The notes under the pieces were generated by a model. It had not been told where the DNA came from and did not search any database. It saw only the letters and a list, made by a program, of their open reading frames with translations. This document shows, one piece after another, positions 40,291-53,592 of a stretch of 64,000 nucleotides of DNA. The position numbers were made by a program, and so were the translations under genes. The stretch is taken from assembly GCF_001194135.2 (NCBI RefSeq), contig NC_068985.1, positions 22,240,899 to 22,304,898 of the forward strand, read 5' to 3'. How positions within the stretch are numbered: position 1 is the first letter of the stretch; each line of letters begins with the position of its first letter. Origin of the DNA: Octopus bimaculoides. Its lineage: Eukaryota.

Positions 40291-41604
40291 TCCCATATAT
40301 ATATATATATATATATATTCACACACATATATATAGACACATACACGCACACACATATATTAGACACATACGCATTATGTGTATGCGTGCATTGTTCCAT
40401 TAATTGGTGGGATCAACAAAAGTACTCCATCCAGTGAGCAATAAATATAATTCGATATACACAGGACTACAAATTGAGCTATTATTGTAAGCATGAAATT
40501 TATAATAGCTCAATCTTAAACCTTGTGTATATTAAATTACACACACACATAAAGAGAGTGAGAGATGGAGTAGGGGTGAAAATACTTTTGGGGAATATTC
40601 TGCATTCCCAATACAAATACACTAGTATCTCTTATATGCAACATAGTGGGTTGAAAATCTATCAGCCAGCTGATTTTATCTCTTCTTGGTTCCTACTGGT
40701 CATTCATTCTCTCCCTCTCTTCTAAATGTGAATAACCATGCAGCTTCTCTACAAGAACCTGCTCCTCTCCACATTTTCCTCATACTTTAAACACTCGTCC
40801 CCTAGCATAAAGCTTATGCCCTCTCCCTTGGGATTTGTAGTCTTGCAAGCTGCATGAAACCTCAAGAGTACAGGTGCACAGTAGCACCCAGTACACACTT
40901 TAAAGTGGTTGGTGTTTAGGAAGTGCATCCAGTCATAAAAACCATACCAAAGCACACACTGGAGTACAATGCTCATCATGAATGCTTAAGATCCTGTCAT
41001 ACCATTCAATCCATCCCAGCATGGAGCATGGATGTTAAATGATGATGATCACTTAATACTGTCAGTTAAATAGGATGTTTGCTGATGAAGTCTAATGAGG
41101 ACAAAATGTCTTACTTCACCAGTTGATTCTAAAGAGCAGCTCCATTCAAATCTGTATTGTCCATATAGGCACTAGCACAGCAAGGGGGCAGTAGGAGCGA
41201 TACTTTTGGGTCTACTGTAAGCAATTTGTGTTTTTTCTGTGGGATCCAGGGGCAGCAAACGGAAGGGCTGCCCCGAGTAGAACACACTCTAGCTACGCTA
41301 ATGCATATAGGCCAAAAAATTTCAATCAACTGATCTTAGAATACTTCCCTTGCTTATTTCATTTAGATTTTTGACACATTAAGTTTTTGTCTACTTATAT
41401 ATTCACAGTTAATTGATCTTTTACAGTTCATTATATTACATTGAGACCCTATCAAATTTTATAATAAGATTGTGCAACAAAGATCAGATGTGTGGTCAAC
41501 AAAATAAACATATGTTATATTTGTAGATGTATTGACTGTTCACATCAAAGGAGTTTTCTTAGAAAGTAGTGATGTAGCTAAAGAGAAGTATAGTGCTATT
41601 TCCA

Positions 41605-41646
<42 letters not shown>

Positions 41647-42580
41647 GGTTAAGTAAATAATGCTTAAATCAGATTATTGAAATTGAGGCAGATGCTAAGA
41701 TCAGTTATGTTGGAGAAAAAACAAAACATCTAAATTATGACTGGAGCCCGTAGTGCAGATATCAATGGATGCAGTTGGTGCATGTATGCCGCCACTCCTC
41801 TGAAGTGATCCTGGTCTATTTGTGAAAGTTAAGTGGGTGCTTTAAAACAAGAGTACCTAAATATTAGGAAATCACAACACTAATTAAAATAGATATACTA
41901 AAGAGAATATTCTTTGATGGTGTGACTGAAAAAAGTGAATTTTTAACAAATATAGATAGATTTAGGATATTTATAATATCCATAGGTCAGAGTGAAACTT
42001 CAGTGAATCTGATCAGATTTATAGTTTAGAGACTTTTATTTAAAAGAAATAGTTGCAGCTAGTCTTTAAGTAATTACTGTCTGTAGGGTATTCTATAGAA
42101 ACAAGTATAGTTAATATATATTATGGATTGATTTGCAATATTGATTTTAGAATAATTGCCATAACAATGTAATGATTGGGGAGAAGGGGGTTAAGTAAGA
42201 TAGGAACTGCTCATTTGTCTTTCCAATAACTATAGACATAAAGGCGATTGATACAAAGAGTTTGATATTTCTAAAGATGTTGGCAACACAGTATCTAACC
42301 ACATACATTTTGATAGAACTGAAGCAAAACTACCTCCTCTCTTGATGAACAGATATAAAGTATATAACTGGCTTTAGAGAATAGTTAAGAATTTTTTCTG
42401 TAAATATCACTAGAAAGAAAGAGATAGAGAGATAGCGATAGAGAGATAGAGACAGAGAGATAGAGACAGAGAGATATAGATATAGAGAGATAGATGGATG
42501 GATAGATAGAAATAGATAGAGATAGATAGACAGAGATATAGAGAGATAGAGGGATAGACAGATAGAGAGATGTGTGTATG

Positions 42581-42610
<30 letters not shown>

Positions 42611-42611
<1 letters not shown>

Positions 42612-43006
42612 TCTTTTACTCTTTTACTTGTTTCAGTCATTTGACTGCGGCCATGCTGGAGCACCGCCTTTAGTCGAGCAAATCGATCCCAGGACTTATT
42701 CTTTGGAAGCCTAGTACTTATTCTATTGGTCTCTTTTGCCGAACCGCTAAGTTACGGGGACATAAACACACCAGCATCAGTTGACAAGCGATGTTGGGGG
42801 GACAAACACAGACATACAAATACATACACACATACATATATACGACCGGCTTCTTTCAGTTTCCGTCTACCAAATCCACTCACAAGGCTTTGGTCGGCCC
42901 GAGGCTATAGTAGAAGACATTTGCCCAAGATGCCACGCAGTGGGACTGAACCTGGGACCATGTGGTTGGTAAGCAAGCTACTTACCACACAGCCACTCCT
43001 ACGCCT
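42611..43006 (-). mobile_element. Abundant bipartite SINE, full copy
   Basis: Reverse complement of the 25865-26248 family with high identity. Confidence 0.85.
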
Positions 43007-43384
43007 ATAATCATTAATGATTTTTACTATACAATGTCTTGTTTACTACTTTTCAGTTGACTGTGGCAGCATAAACAACTCCCATTTTGAATTGTCCTTG
43101 ACAGACTTCTTATCATTCCTCTATCAATTTCCTCATCTTCAAGTGACTAAAAGAGAATTTCCTTTCTTATTAATGCTCATAAGTTCAATTAAACTCAGTC
43201 TACCCTGAGAAAATGCATCCAGCATTTTATAAGTGTAGGTGTGGCTGTGTGGTTGAGAAGATTGCTTTCCAATCATGTGGTCTTGGGTTCAGTCCTACAG
43301 TAGCCTCAAGCTGAACAAAGCTTTGTGAGTGGATTTGACAGATGTAAACTGAAGGAAGTATATTGTATGTTATATATGTGTGGG

Positions 43385-43712
43385 TACTCTTCATCATCAT
43401 CATCATCATCGTTTAACGTCCGCTTTCCATGCTAGCATGGGTTGGACGATTTGACTGAGGACTGGTGAAACCGGATGGCAACACCAGGCTCCAGTCTAAT
43501 TTGGCAGAGTTTCTACAGCTGGATGCCCTTCCTAACGCCAACCACTCCGAGAGTGTAGTGGGTGCTTTTACGTGTCACCCGCATGAAAACGGCCACGCTC
43601 GAAATGGTGTCTTTTATGTGCCACCCGCACAAGCCAGTCCAGGGGCACTGGCAACGATCTCGCTCGAAAATCCTACGGGAGCCAGTCAGGCGGTACTGGC
43701 AACGGCCACACT
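43385..43712 (-). mobile_element. RTE-type LINE 3' tail
   Basis: (cat)n cgtttaacgtccgctttccatgctagcatgggttggacg..ggatgcccttcctaacgccaaccactccgagagtgtag; reverse complement of the 34200-34466 tail. Confidence 0.75.
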
Positions 43713-46259
43713 CTTGTCTAGACATTTTGTGATAGTTGTAAATGAACATCATACAAGCAAGGTTGTTCATTTCTAGTTGTTTGTGAAAAACATATCTAGC
43801 TATGGGAAAATATTACTTTCCTTGGAAATAAGGTGAGAGCTGGAAATAGGAAAGGCTGCATGCTATACAAAACCTGCCTTAAATTGTCTGACCCATGCAA
43901 GCATGGAAAGTGACATTAAATGATGATGACTGTAAGCTTTGTCTTCACTGTGCAGTCAATAATACTGTGATATGGTTTTAAAAAAATAATCATTTTCCCA
44001 AAGAGAAAATAAGTGATTATCAATCAACAAAGTCTTCTCATTAGATTTTTTGCAAGTGTACACTTTGTAAATATTGCATTACAGAACAAATTGCAACTTC
44101 TTTAACTAACCTAAGTAACAGAGTACTGAAAATGTTACTACGCATTTTTGATATTTACCATTTAAACTGGCTACATGATAAATATTTTTTTAAATATCAT
44201 CATCATTTCACCATCCACTTTTCCATGTACACATATCTGCTCAATATGTTGGGCAGATTTTCTACAGCCAAATGCCCTATGTATCACCAATCCATATCTG
44301 TTTCCAAGTAGGATAACATTTCCCCATAACCAGACATATTTTCAAAGATTGGAAATAAAGGACACTGCTTCTATGACAGTTACACACATTTCCAACTATC
44401 ATCTGATGTCAAAGCAAGGAGGTGGTAACACACACTTTGTACACACAATAGGCTTCTTTCAGTTTCTGTCTACCAGATCCATTCACAAGGCTTTGGTCAG
44501 CTCGGAACTATAGTAGAAGACATTTACCCAAGGTGCCACACCATGGAACTGAACTGAAGCCATGTGGTTGGGAAGCAAATTCTTACCATACAACCATGTC
44601 TGCGCTTTTATTTATTCAAAAAACACTGCATGGTTTATACAAAAATATCTGATAATATAGACAAATGATTCTTTTAAAAATAATCAGCTCTAACTTCACA
44701 CAGAATTACATAGCTGTAACAAGATGCCTACATCCTCTATTCTTGTAGATGCTTATTCTTAAATCTTCACATCAGTTTATCCCAAACAGCCTTCCTATTT
44801 CAGTCCTGTTACATATTTCTTTCTAATCACATTAGAAAAAAAATTACATGAATGCAATTCTAGTTGTTTCTAAATATGTAAACAAAAATAAAATTGTTTT
44901 TTAAAAGTTTCATGAACTAGTTTAACATCCTCCTCCCTAAAATATGTTAAGGGGAAGGATATTTAATTGACAAAACTTGGTGAAGGGAAGTTAAAATAGC
45001 CACACGAGATGAAAGTATGAAACAAAATGTGACATTTTGCTAATGTAAAAATCAATATATATTAGAACCCATGATTGACGACATATTGCAACCTTAAGCC
45101 CAATTTATCTTAAATAGGATGGTTTGCAGTGAGGAATGTTTAATTACCATGATTTAGGAGTGGGGGGGGGGGGCATTTAAATAGCTACTCTAGCAAGAAA
45201 GGATGTTAAAGAGATCCAGTTTTATCTCCTGAACATTATGGAAACATAATGATTTACCAAATCAATTTGAAGACATTTATAGCTACAAATTCTTTACTTA
45301 TAAGTAAGCTGAAATATGAATACTTCCTTTTCAGTGTTGATACTTTAAAAAATAGTATAATCAACTTACTTAGAAAAAAATACATTATATTTGCAGTTCT
45401 TTCCATTTATGCACACACATATGTTTGCATGCCTTCACAGCAGGGCCTCTTTCAATGGTACAAATATAAGCAGGTTTCTACTACAGATGTCATGAATTAC
45501 TAGTTAATTTAAAGTACATTGTAGCTCTTTTCATTTATGTGCGTCCATATATGTATGCATGCCATGACAGTAGGGCCTCTTTCAATGGTAACAAACATAG
45601 GCAAGTTTCTACAACAGATATCATGGATTGCCAGTTCACATAAAATTCATAGCAATATCCTTATAGATTCGTTATTGTAGTGGGAAGAAAGCACATGATT
45701 GCATTACATGAGAACTATAGCTTGTTTTCTCATCAATGTTTTGCTAGTACTTTCTAAATTAACCATGAAATAGTGCTAATGGTAAGTGTGTATGTATATA
45801 TTTATGCTTATAAAAGTGTTTAAAGAGCTGAATTTGAGTTGGATATTATCATTGTTTTAACATCCACTTTCCCATGTTCCCATGGGTCAGATGGAATTTG
45901 TTGAGATGATTTTTTTTACAGCCAGATGCCCATTCTGTTACCATTTCTCACCTGTTTCTTGGCATATTAATATTCCCTGACAGCAAGACCAGTTTTCATG
46001 GAAAATTGGAAACAAAGGACACTGCTTACATGATGGTCAAACTTGTTTACAACTGTCAGCATCATATGCACACACACACACACACACTACATTTCTTACA
46101 GTTTCCATCAGCCAAATTCACTCACAAGACTTTGGTTGGCTCAGCACCATAGTAGAAGACACTTGCCCAAAGTGACAAGCATCGGGACTGAACCCAAAGC
46201 CATGTGATTGGGAAGCAAACTTCTAACCACACAGCTATGCCTGAACCAACCATATATAT

Positions 46260-46685
46260 ACTCTTTTACTTGTTTCAGTCATTTGACTGTAGCCATGCTG
46301 GAGCACCGCCTTTAGTCGAGCAAATCGACCCCAGGACTTATTTTTTGTAAGCCTAGTACTTATTCTATTGGTCTCTTATGCCGAACCGCTAAGTTACGGG
46401 GATGTAAACACACCAACACCAGTTGTCAAGCGATGTTGGGGTGACAAATACAGACACACAAACATATACACACATACAGATATGGCCGCAGCTCTAAGCT
46501 GAAACTATAAAAAAATTTTAAAAATATACGATGGGGTTCTTTCAGTTTCCATCTACCAAATCCACTTACAAGGCTTTGGTCGGCCCGAGGCTATAGAAGA
46601 AGACACTTGCCCAAGGTGCCACGCAGTGGGACTGAACCTGGAACTATGTGATTGGTAAGCAAGCTACTTACCACACAGCCACTTC
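46260..46685 (-). mobile_element. Abundant bipartite SINE, full copy with a short insert in the linker
   Basis: Same family as 42611-43006. An extra segment atggccgcagctctaagctgaaactat at about 46482-46510 sits inside the microsatellite linker. Confidence 0.85.
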
Positions 46686-47199
46686 TTCACCTATGTCAAT
46701 TAACAATTGATATGTTTAATTATACAGTGAGAATATCACCATCATTTTAACATTCACTTTTCTCTACCTGCATGGGTCAGACAGTTCATTGAGGCAGATA
46801 TTCAACAGCCCTTCCTGTCACCAAGCAAGGTAGCTACTCTCCTCGGCCACATTCTTGCAGAATACTGGAAAGGAAAATCCCCACTTGTATGATGATGATA
46901 TTTACAAGGCTTCCATAGGTCCAAGGCAATGAAAAAAAAAGACTTGGGACTGGACCCAAAATCATGTGGTTGGGAAATGTTAACAACACAGTCATACCTG
47001 CATTTACCGAAATTTGTATACTACAGAAGTCTATAAGTACTAGAGTTTATACCACCTTGTTTGTTTTGTTTTATAATGATAGAAAGGAATTATAATTCTT
47101 TTGCTGCATCTTTTATTTTATGATTGTTCAGGAGTGAAGGGCTGCATTTATGACCTTTTATTCTTTCAAGGTCTTTGAGAATGCTAAGAGGAAATCATC

Positions 47200-48120
47200 C
47201 TCAAATAGGGAGACCTGGCCCAAATGTTAACAATGTAAATTCCACTAAAGGTACCTAAGGATCAGGTAGTCGTGTTAAAGCAGGTGACAGATTAAGTGCT
47301 ATAAATTGAAATGAAAACTTAGAGTTTGGTCTTCTTAAAGGCAAGAAATTAAACTTTCAATAAATATTTAAATTACTTCCAGTATAGACTGACTTTGCTG
47401 GATTTAGTCTTGTTTATATGAAATTGCAATCTCCATGAGAGACTATCGTGTTAAATGTAACGCTCCCAGATGGTAATTTTAGCATTGCCCTACAGAGTGA
47501 TGCAATCTTACAGGTTTATTTCATTTTGTCTTCAGGATTTCTTCTATGCATCTTCTGAAAAAAAACCAGCTTGTCAAGTCCTCATTAATGGGTGTTTTAG
47601 ATATTTCCAGTCAGTGCGAAGGCCTGGCAGGCAGTGACAGGATTGAACAAATCAGTATACAAAACGTGGCGGTGGAGTCTATGATGGTCTCAGTGTAAGA
47701 ATGTACGTTGTAAATAGGTGGTTAATAGACAAGTTGAAAAGTGTTAAAATATAACTGAGCACTAAGGTACACCTGGTTTGGTTTAATACATTTGAAGATC
47801 ACTCCTTAAACACATATTGGTATGCTTCAACTTACTAGGCAGCTTTCAGTCCAGTTTGTAAGTAACAAGTGGTAACGGGGAAGTTTGGCATGGACAACCG
47901 GCTTTGGGAGAAGATACCTAAGCTTGGTCAAAGGTTTACCTGATGTCAAGGGCAACAACTTTGCTTTTGCCAAAATTTTCAAGGGCAAGACATCATATCA
48001 TGGTGTAAAATGGAGAAGAGATGGTCCGTGGTGGATCTATCTCTTCAGAACCCATAATAGAGATCTTTGCGGTCTAAAATATGATTCAAAGTGGTATAAG
48101 AATTAGTTCGCACCGGTTGT
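47200..48120 (-). mobile_element. Degenerate CR1/L2-like (Jockey-group) RT remnant
   Basis: Minus-strand frames give FGKSKVVALDIR*TFD (~47925-47977), GVP*CSV (~47750-47775) and TLFNLSINHL (~47716-47745). These are decayed ALDISKAFD, GVPQGSVL and TLFNLYINDL motifs, in the correct order. Confidence 0.75.
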
Positions 48121-49639
48121 GCCTAAAACCTTATGAATGACAGATGTAAAAGAAGCCGGTTGTTGGTAGGGTAAGAAGGTTGGCGTTTGTTGAAGACAAA
48201 TTAAAGACGAATGCGTCCATATATTTGCCTCATTTGAAAATATTACCGAAAGAGGATAAAACATATTCTTCACAACAGACATATTCTTATACAGCGATTG
48301 ATAAGAACACTATATCTAGCATCTATCGGAAAGTATTCCCTAATTAGCAAAATTATAGCATGATATTACAATAGTAAAGATTAATTACAGATTCCTGAAA
48401 TTCTACCGGTAATGTTGCAGACTACGGTTGTTTCCCTCATTTGACAAAACTAAAATATCGGCTTTCCTACGCGTAATTAATGAAAAAAAAAAAAAATCTT
48501 CGCAATACTTGATCTTAGCACACAGAAAATAATACCTCAATACACATAGATATACAGATTAGTAGTCACAGCTGTATCTATGAAATGTATGTATGAATGA
48601 ATGTATGTATGATATCTATGTTTTATTTATGTAGAGGCAGGCGCTTCTAAATTCTACGATAGCAGAAAATACAAAGAGAAAATTAGATTTCAAACATTAC
48701 AGATAATTTCTTTTGATAAATAGAAGTAGACGGGTAAGAAAGAAAAATATGGAAAGCAAAAGAAAAAAAAACTCCTGATACTGAAGGACGGGATTTGGTT
48801 CAAAGATATACAAACCATTGAGTATCACCTGCCGATCGCAGAAAAAAAAATAATAATGCAACAAATTCTAATCATCCAAAACGTCTCTGAAGGCAGCAGC
48901 TTCATGTGTTTTATGTTGTGTGCAACGATGTTAAATGTTGACAGATTAGCAGCATATATCGTGGGTGGGAGACAGAAGAGAAACTAAAGTTAATCTTTTA
49001 GTCTTAGAAACAATATATATATATATGTTCGACTGACAGAACAACCAGCATCAGTAACGCTGCAGTAATCTATCTAGAATATACGATGGTAGCTGCAATA
49101 AAAATCGGTTAAATAGTTGGTCTACTGTGTAAATTACAAAAATGCTAAGTACCTAAGTATGTTCAAATAAGTCAATAAATATATGTATAAACAAACAAGT
49201 GTAAGGATTATTCGTGTGTGTGTGTGTGTGTGTGCACCAATGCATATGTAATGTATCGTATATATTGTGTGTGCGATCTGATGAATATTGACGATTAGAT
49301 TTCTTTTCTCCTCTTCTCCATCTTTTAGATAAGGGTATATTCATAGGAAAGCGCATATTGAATATCTACAAATTTATGTTGCTTATATCTTTTCAGAAAT
49401 TTTCACAATTTCTCAACAGCCTTTTTTTTTTTTTTAATATCATTTTAAATGTTACCATATCGACAAACAAGATAAGTATTTTGTACAGTAAAATGCGTCA
49501 ATTTATCGCTGCAGATAATCGGGCATTGTCCGCAAGTTTGCTTTAAGTTTAATAAACCTTAATTTATTAACCATTTCATGAAGAAAGTACAAGAAAACTG
49601 TAGCTGCGTGTTTCATGTTGTATAGAAATAGCAGAAGAT

Positions 49640-50110
49640 CTTCGGCAGCCAGTACTGGATGGCTTCCGAATGTTGTGCGTATGTGTAGTGTCAGACCAAC
49701 ACTGTCAGTCGAAAGAATGTACGCAAAACAAGAGACAAAAACCTCTCGCTTGATCATCTCAACTATTTTCAAGAAATGCAAGTAAAAAAATTCAAAACAT
49801 ACCTAAAATACACAGGGCTTAATCCAGGTGTGCTTCACTACGTCTGTTACTAGGAGCCAGTGAGAAATGGTAAAATATCCGTCGATGAGCGGCAAACATC
49901 ACATACATGGTCCGTGTGCCGATCGAAGACCAAAACAAAATTTGAGTAAATGGCTGGTAACAGTAGTCGGCGGGGCGGTTGGAGTGGCGGTAGTAGCAGC
50001 AGCAGCAGCGGCGGCGGCAGTGATTAGAACTCGGTTGGTCGATGGTGGTGACGGACCACAGTGATATCGTAGAGAAATCACACGAGATCACACGATATTT
50101 TTAGAGTTCC
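49640..50110 (-). promoter_or_regulatory. CpG-rich island; candidate promoter or 5'-UTR first exon
   Basis: Many CpGs in an otherwise CpG-poor window, (GCC)/(GCT) triplet runs at about 49985-50020, and a minus-strand donor-like tag|GTATGT at 49802. No TE similarity recognised. Confidence 0.4.
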
Positions 50111-50559
50111 GCTTCATTCTGTATACAAGGTGCGATATTTTAATTCAATTCTAGTCAAATGTACGTAAACATACATAAATTTACCCCAAAATGGAGTGCA
50201 CTTTTTAAACCATACTTTATTCCAGTTGCAAATAATCTATGTTTAGCCAAGAAAATATAAAAATATACAAAGTAACTTTTTACGCACCCGAATGATTGAA
50301 ATATGTTTCTTTTTGATTTCTTTTTTTTTTTCATAATGCAATTAACAGGTGTTGTGTATTCGTTAACTTTTTTTATAAAATTAAACTTTACACATTTCAG
50401 TAGCAAAAAAAAAGTCTTATGTAACTCAGTCTATCAATTGTTAAACAAAATTTATCTGAAATATTTTTATTGTTTTTTACTTAGACAAGCATGCGTTTTA
50501 TAGATGGGTCTTAAAGATTAGCTTAATTTTGTATGTCTGTTTTGTAAATATCTCTACTA

Positions 50560-53210
50560 GCAAAAAGGATGAGGTGAGACGCAGAAGTAGCCAGGTGCAT
50601 GGCAAACCAGTGTCATGCGCTTCTGTATGTCAGCCACAGTTGCTGGTTCACCAGCCCAGCTAGGGATCCACTGGCTCTATTCGTCGAGCTGTGACAGCAG
50701 TTTGATTAGGATTTTGACCGAATAGTGTAAGGGGTTGCCAAATGAGATGTGGAATTTTGGACGGAGACTGACAGGGGAGATATGTATCAATGTGGCTGGA
50801 AACTATGTCCTCCACATATTCATAGTGAACTTTGCAGTTCATCGTTTTGGGACAGAGGAGCCCAAACCCATACCATCAATTTATGCGCCAAACCACAGGA
50901 TAACGAGGAGGTTGAAAAGGCCACCCTAACAGACTAGACAGTCTTCAGGGAGGAGCTCCGAATACTGACAAGAAGAGTTGCAGGAGAGAGCAAGAGGAGA
51001 GCTGTATTCCTGGTTAACCTTTAGATTAATGCAGTAGCTCCTCAGAAGAGAACTGGTCAATTGACCTGTTCCAAGGACACCGTTAATGAGTGCTTAGAGC
51101 AACAGTGAGAGAGGGCCCAACCACCAAGTCTTTGCAAGACACTTCTAAACATCAAGACCAACTGGATTTCTACTTGGAGTAGCCTTGCTTGAAAATAAAA
51201 GTAGTATGAAGGTAAAGATCTAACTTGGCACCAGGCCTAAGTAGATTCCCATAAAATGGTCTACAAGAACTAGTGAAAGGCTTTGGAAGGCCCGGAAGGT
51301 GATTTGAAGGAGAGTTGCCTAATCATAGAGATGTGGAGAAGGGATATACATACCTAAAGAAGAGAGCTGAGAATATCAACCAACTTTGCATTGTCCAAGT
51401 ATGGAAAGATTTTTTTTTCAGTATTGTGTCCAAGAGACTTTTCCACTTTCTGCTGAACAGTATCATCATCAGCATATCAGTACAGAAGGGAGACATACCA
51501 GGAGTCCCTAGCTGCCTTGAACACACAGGTGTACTGACATAACACATCAAGGAGAAATGACAGGAAATAGAGGACCTGGTTGTTCTGTGGCTGGATTTGG
51601 CCAACACTGCACAATCTAGTTGAAGTTGTTCTAGAAAGACACTATATTCTCCAAAGGTAAAACTACATCATCATGAATGGCAGGGTCCTCTTAAGATAAG
51701 AGTAAGGCAACCACACATCAGTGACAAAAATAGTGCAGAAAACTAAGTGGATCCTCTGGGAACTAAAGAAGTTTGTGGCATGGGAACAGATGAGTTTCAA
51801 ACCTGCAAAATCCCAATGCATGGTTTTGTAGAAAGGATAAGAGGGTGGGTATGGGAAGATCAGATTCTATCCCACAGAAAAACCAGTGAAAAGTCTTCAG
51901 TTGCAATCTGGAGGACATCAATTCCATCAAGACAGAGCTGTGTACAAATCAGGGCTACCAGGAAGATCCAAGGCTTGGGTTTACCAACATCGGATCCTTG
52001 AAAAATTACTCTAGCCTTTGCTTGTCTACAAAAGTCCCCATGACAGTAGCAGAGGGCTTAGAGTTCGTGGTGAGCAGCCACCTTTGCCATGCTCTTAGAG
52101 CACATTGTACTATATAGAAACAGTAACAAACTAAGGTTTCTGTTTAATTCTGTCAGGGAAGAATTTATGGTGTCACAGGTATAAGAACATTTATAGGACA
52201 CCAAGGTGTCTAGCACAGAGATTACTGTGAGAACAGGAAGGAAACAAAATGTAGTCCATCAAGTAGTTGAGCAGCCTTCCTTGGTGGTGTAGAACAAGAC
52301 AGGGTTGGATTTGAATGCTCTACAACAAGTCAATATGACATGGTTAGCAAGCATCAGTGGAGGAAGAGTGGGCAAGCAAAGCAGTGACACTATGAAAACA
52401 GTGCCTGGATGAAGTAGGAGCAGGCAATGGAGTCGAATTATCATTTGATAGAACATCTGGAACTGGAACCCATAGAGGATCAAGTTCTTATCCTGTGCAT
52501 CAAATCTATTTACATAAGGCATACCTCTGGTGTTCTATGACGGACCTTCAAGCACATCTTAAGCAGCTGCTCCAACGCACTGAGTGAAAGATTCTATTAT
52601 TGAAGACATAATCTGGTCCTCAAGATCATTGCTGAAGCAATCAACAAGGGGATCAGTGACAGCAAAAATACCAGAAAAGCAGCCTTTATTGAAGAGGGAG
52701 AGAGGCTTACAAAAAGTCCCAAGAACAGCTCTGAGACATTACTTTCTGCAGCACAAGACTAGAGATAGAAGTTAATCTGGAGAAACAATTAAAATTTCCA
52801 ACACATATCACTCAAACCTTGCTGAAACTAGATATCATTTCAGTTTCCAACACAAAGCAACAAATACTACTGGGGTTAATTATGCCCCGAGATGGAGGAT
52901 GGAAAAGGCACCAGAGAGGAAGTGACAAGCATTGGTGGAGAATGTGGTGTTTACCAAGTGGTTGGCAGTCAAGAATTTGTTTGCAGATCGTATGCTGAGT
53001 AAGGCCTATGAAACTCTGGACATTTCAATTTCAGGAGTGAGTAGAAGAGCTATCAAAATTAATATAGAGCCTGCTAAAAAAGCAATTGGCTAAAAAGAGG
53101 TATCGTTAGGGTCAATAGAAAGCTGTTTGGACACAGGCCTAGGCTTGATCAACCTAGGCCAAGTCAATACCCAGTGACTCCAGGACACAACGCTATTGTG
53201 TCCAAGTATT
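50560..53210 (+). mobile_element. Degenerate RLE-type non-LTR retrotransposon (HERO/NeSL-like, R2 group)
   Basis: RT motifs SVQKGDIPGVPSCLEHTGVLT and DLVVLWLDLAN (51470-51605), zinc-knuckle remnant TFKHILSSCSNALSE (~52545-52590), and RLE remnant KQLKFP.HI.QTLLKLDII.VS.TKQQILL.L (~52780-52885). Many frameshifts. Confidence 0.85.
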
Positions 53211-53550
53211 ACAGCTGTAGATGTATGTTAAACTCATATAACTCTCTACAAGCAAAAATTATACAACTCTTTAGCATTTGAACCAGCTATATCCAAACCA
53301 AATATTCTACTTGTTTTATGTTCAAACTGGCCAGAGTTGGCCTCTCACACCTACTCTACAATGTCATTCTAAAAATAATCACATCATTGAAATCTCAGAA
53401 CTATGGGATAACACATGATTAGTTCAAAACCATGTGAATAAGCATTACATTTGACAGAGTAATCTGAATGTTAAAGGGTTAAAATCTAATTGAGTTTTAT
53501 TGCAAAATCGATTTTATAATTTCTTTGCAAAAATTTATATAAATATCGAG

Positions 53551-53592
53551 ATTTGTCACCTCTTGAGATAAAAATCTCAAGAGGTGACAAAT
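53551..53592. repeat. Perfect 19-bp hairpin with a 4-nt loop
   Basis: atttgtcacctcttgagat-aaaa-atctcaagaggtgacaaat. Confidence 0.9.

Noticed and set aside
49503-49781. 92-aa minus-strand ORF as coding exon 2
   Set aside because: The implied intron (49763-49802) would be only 40 nt and the peptide resembles nothing I recognise.
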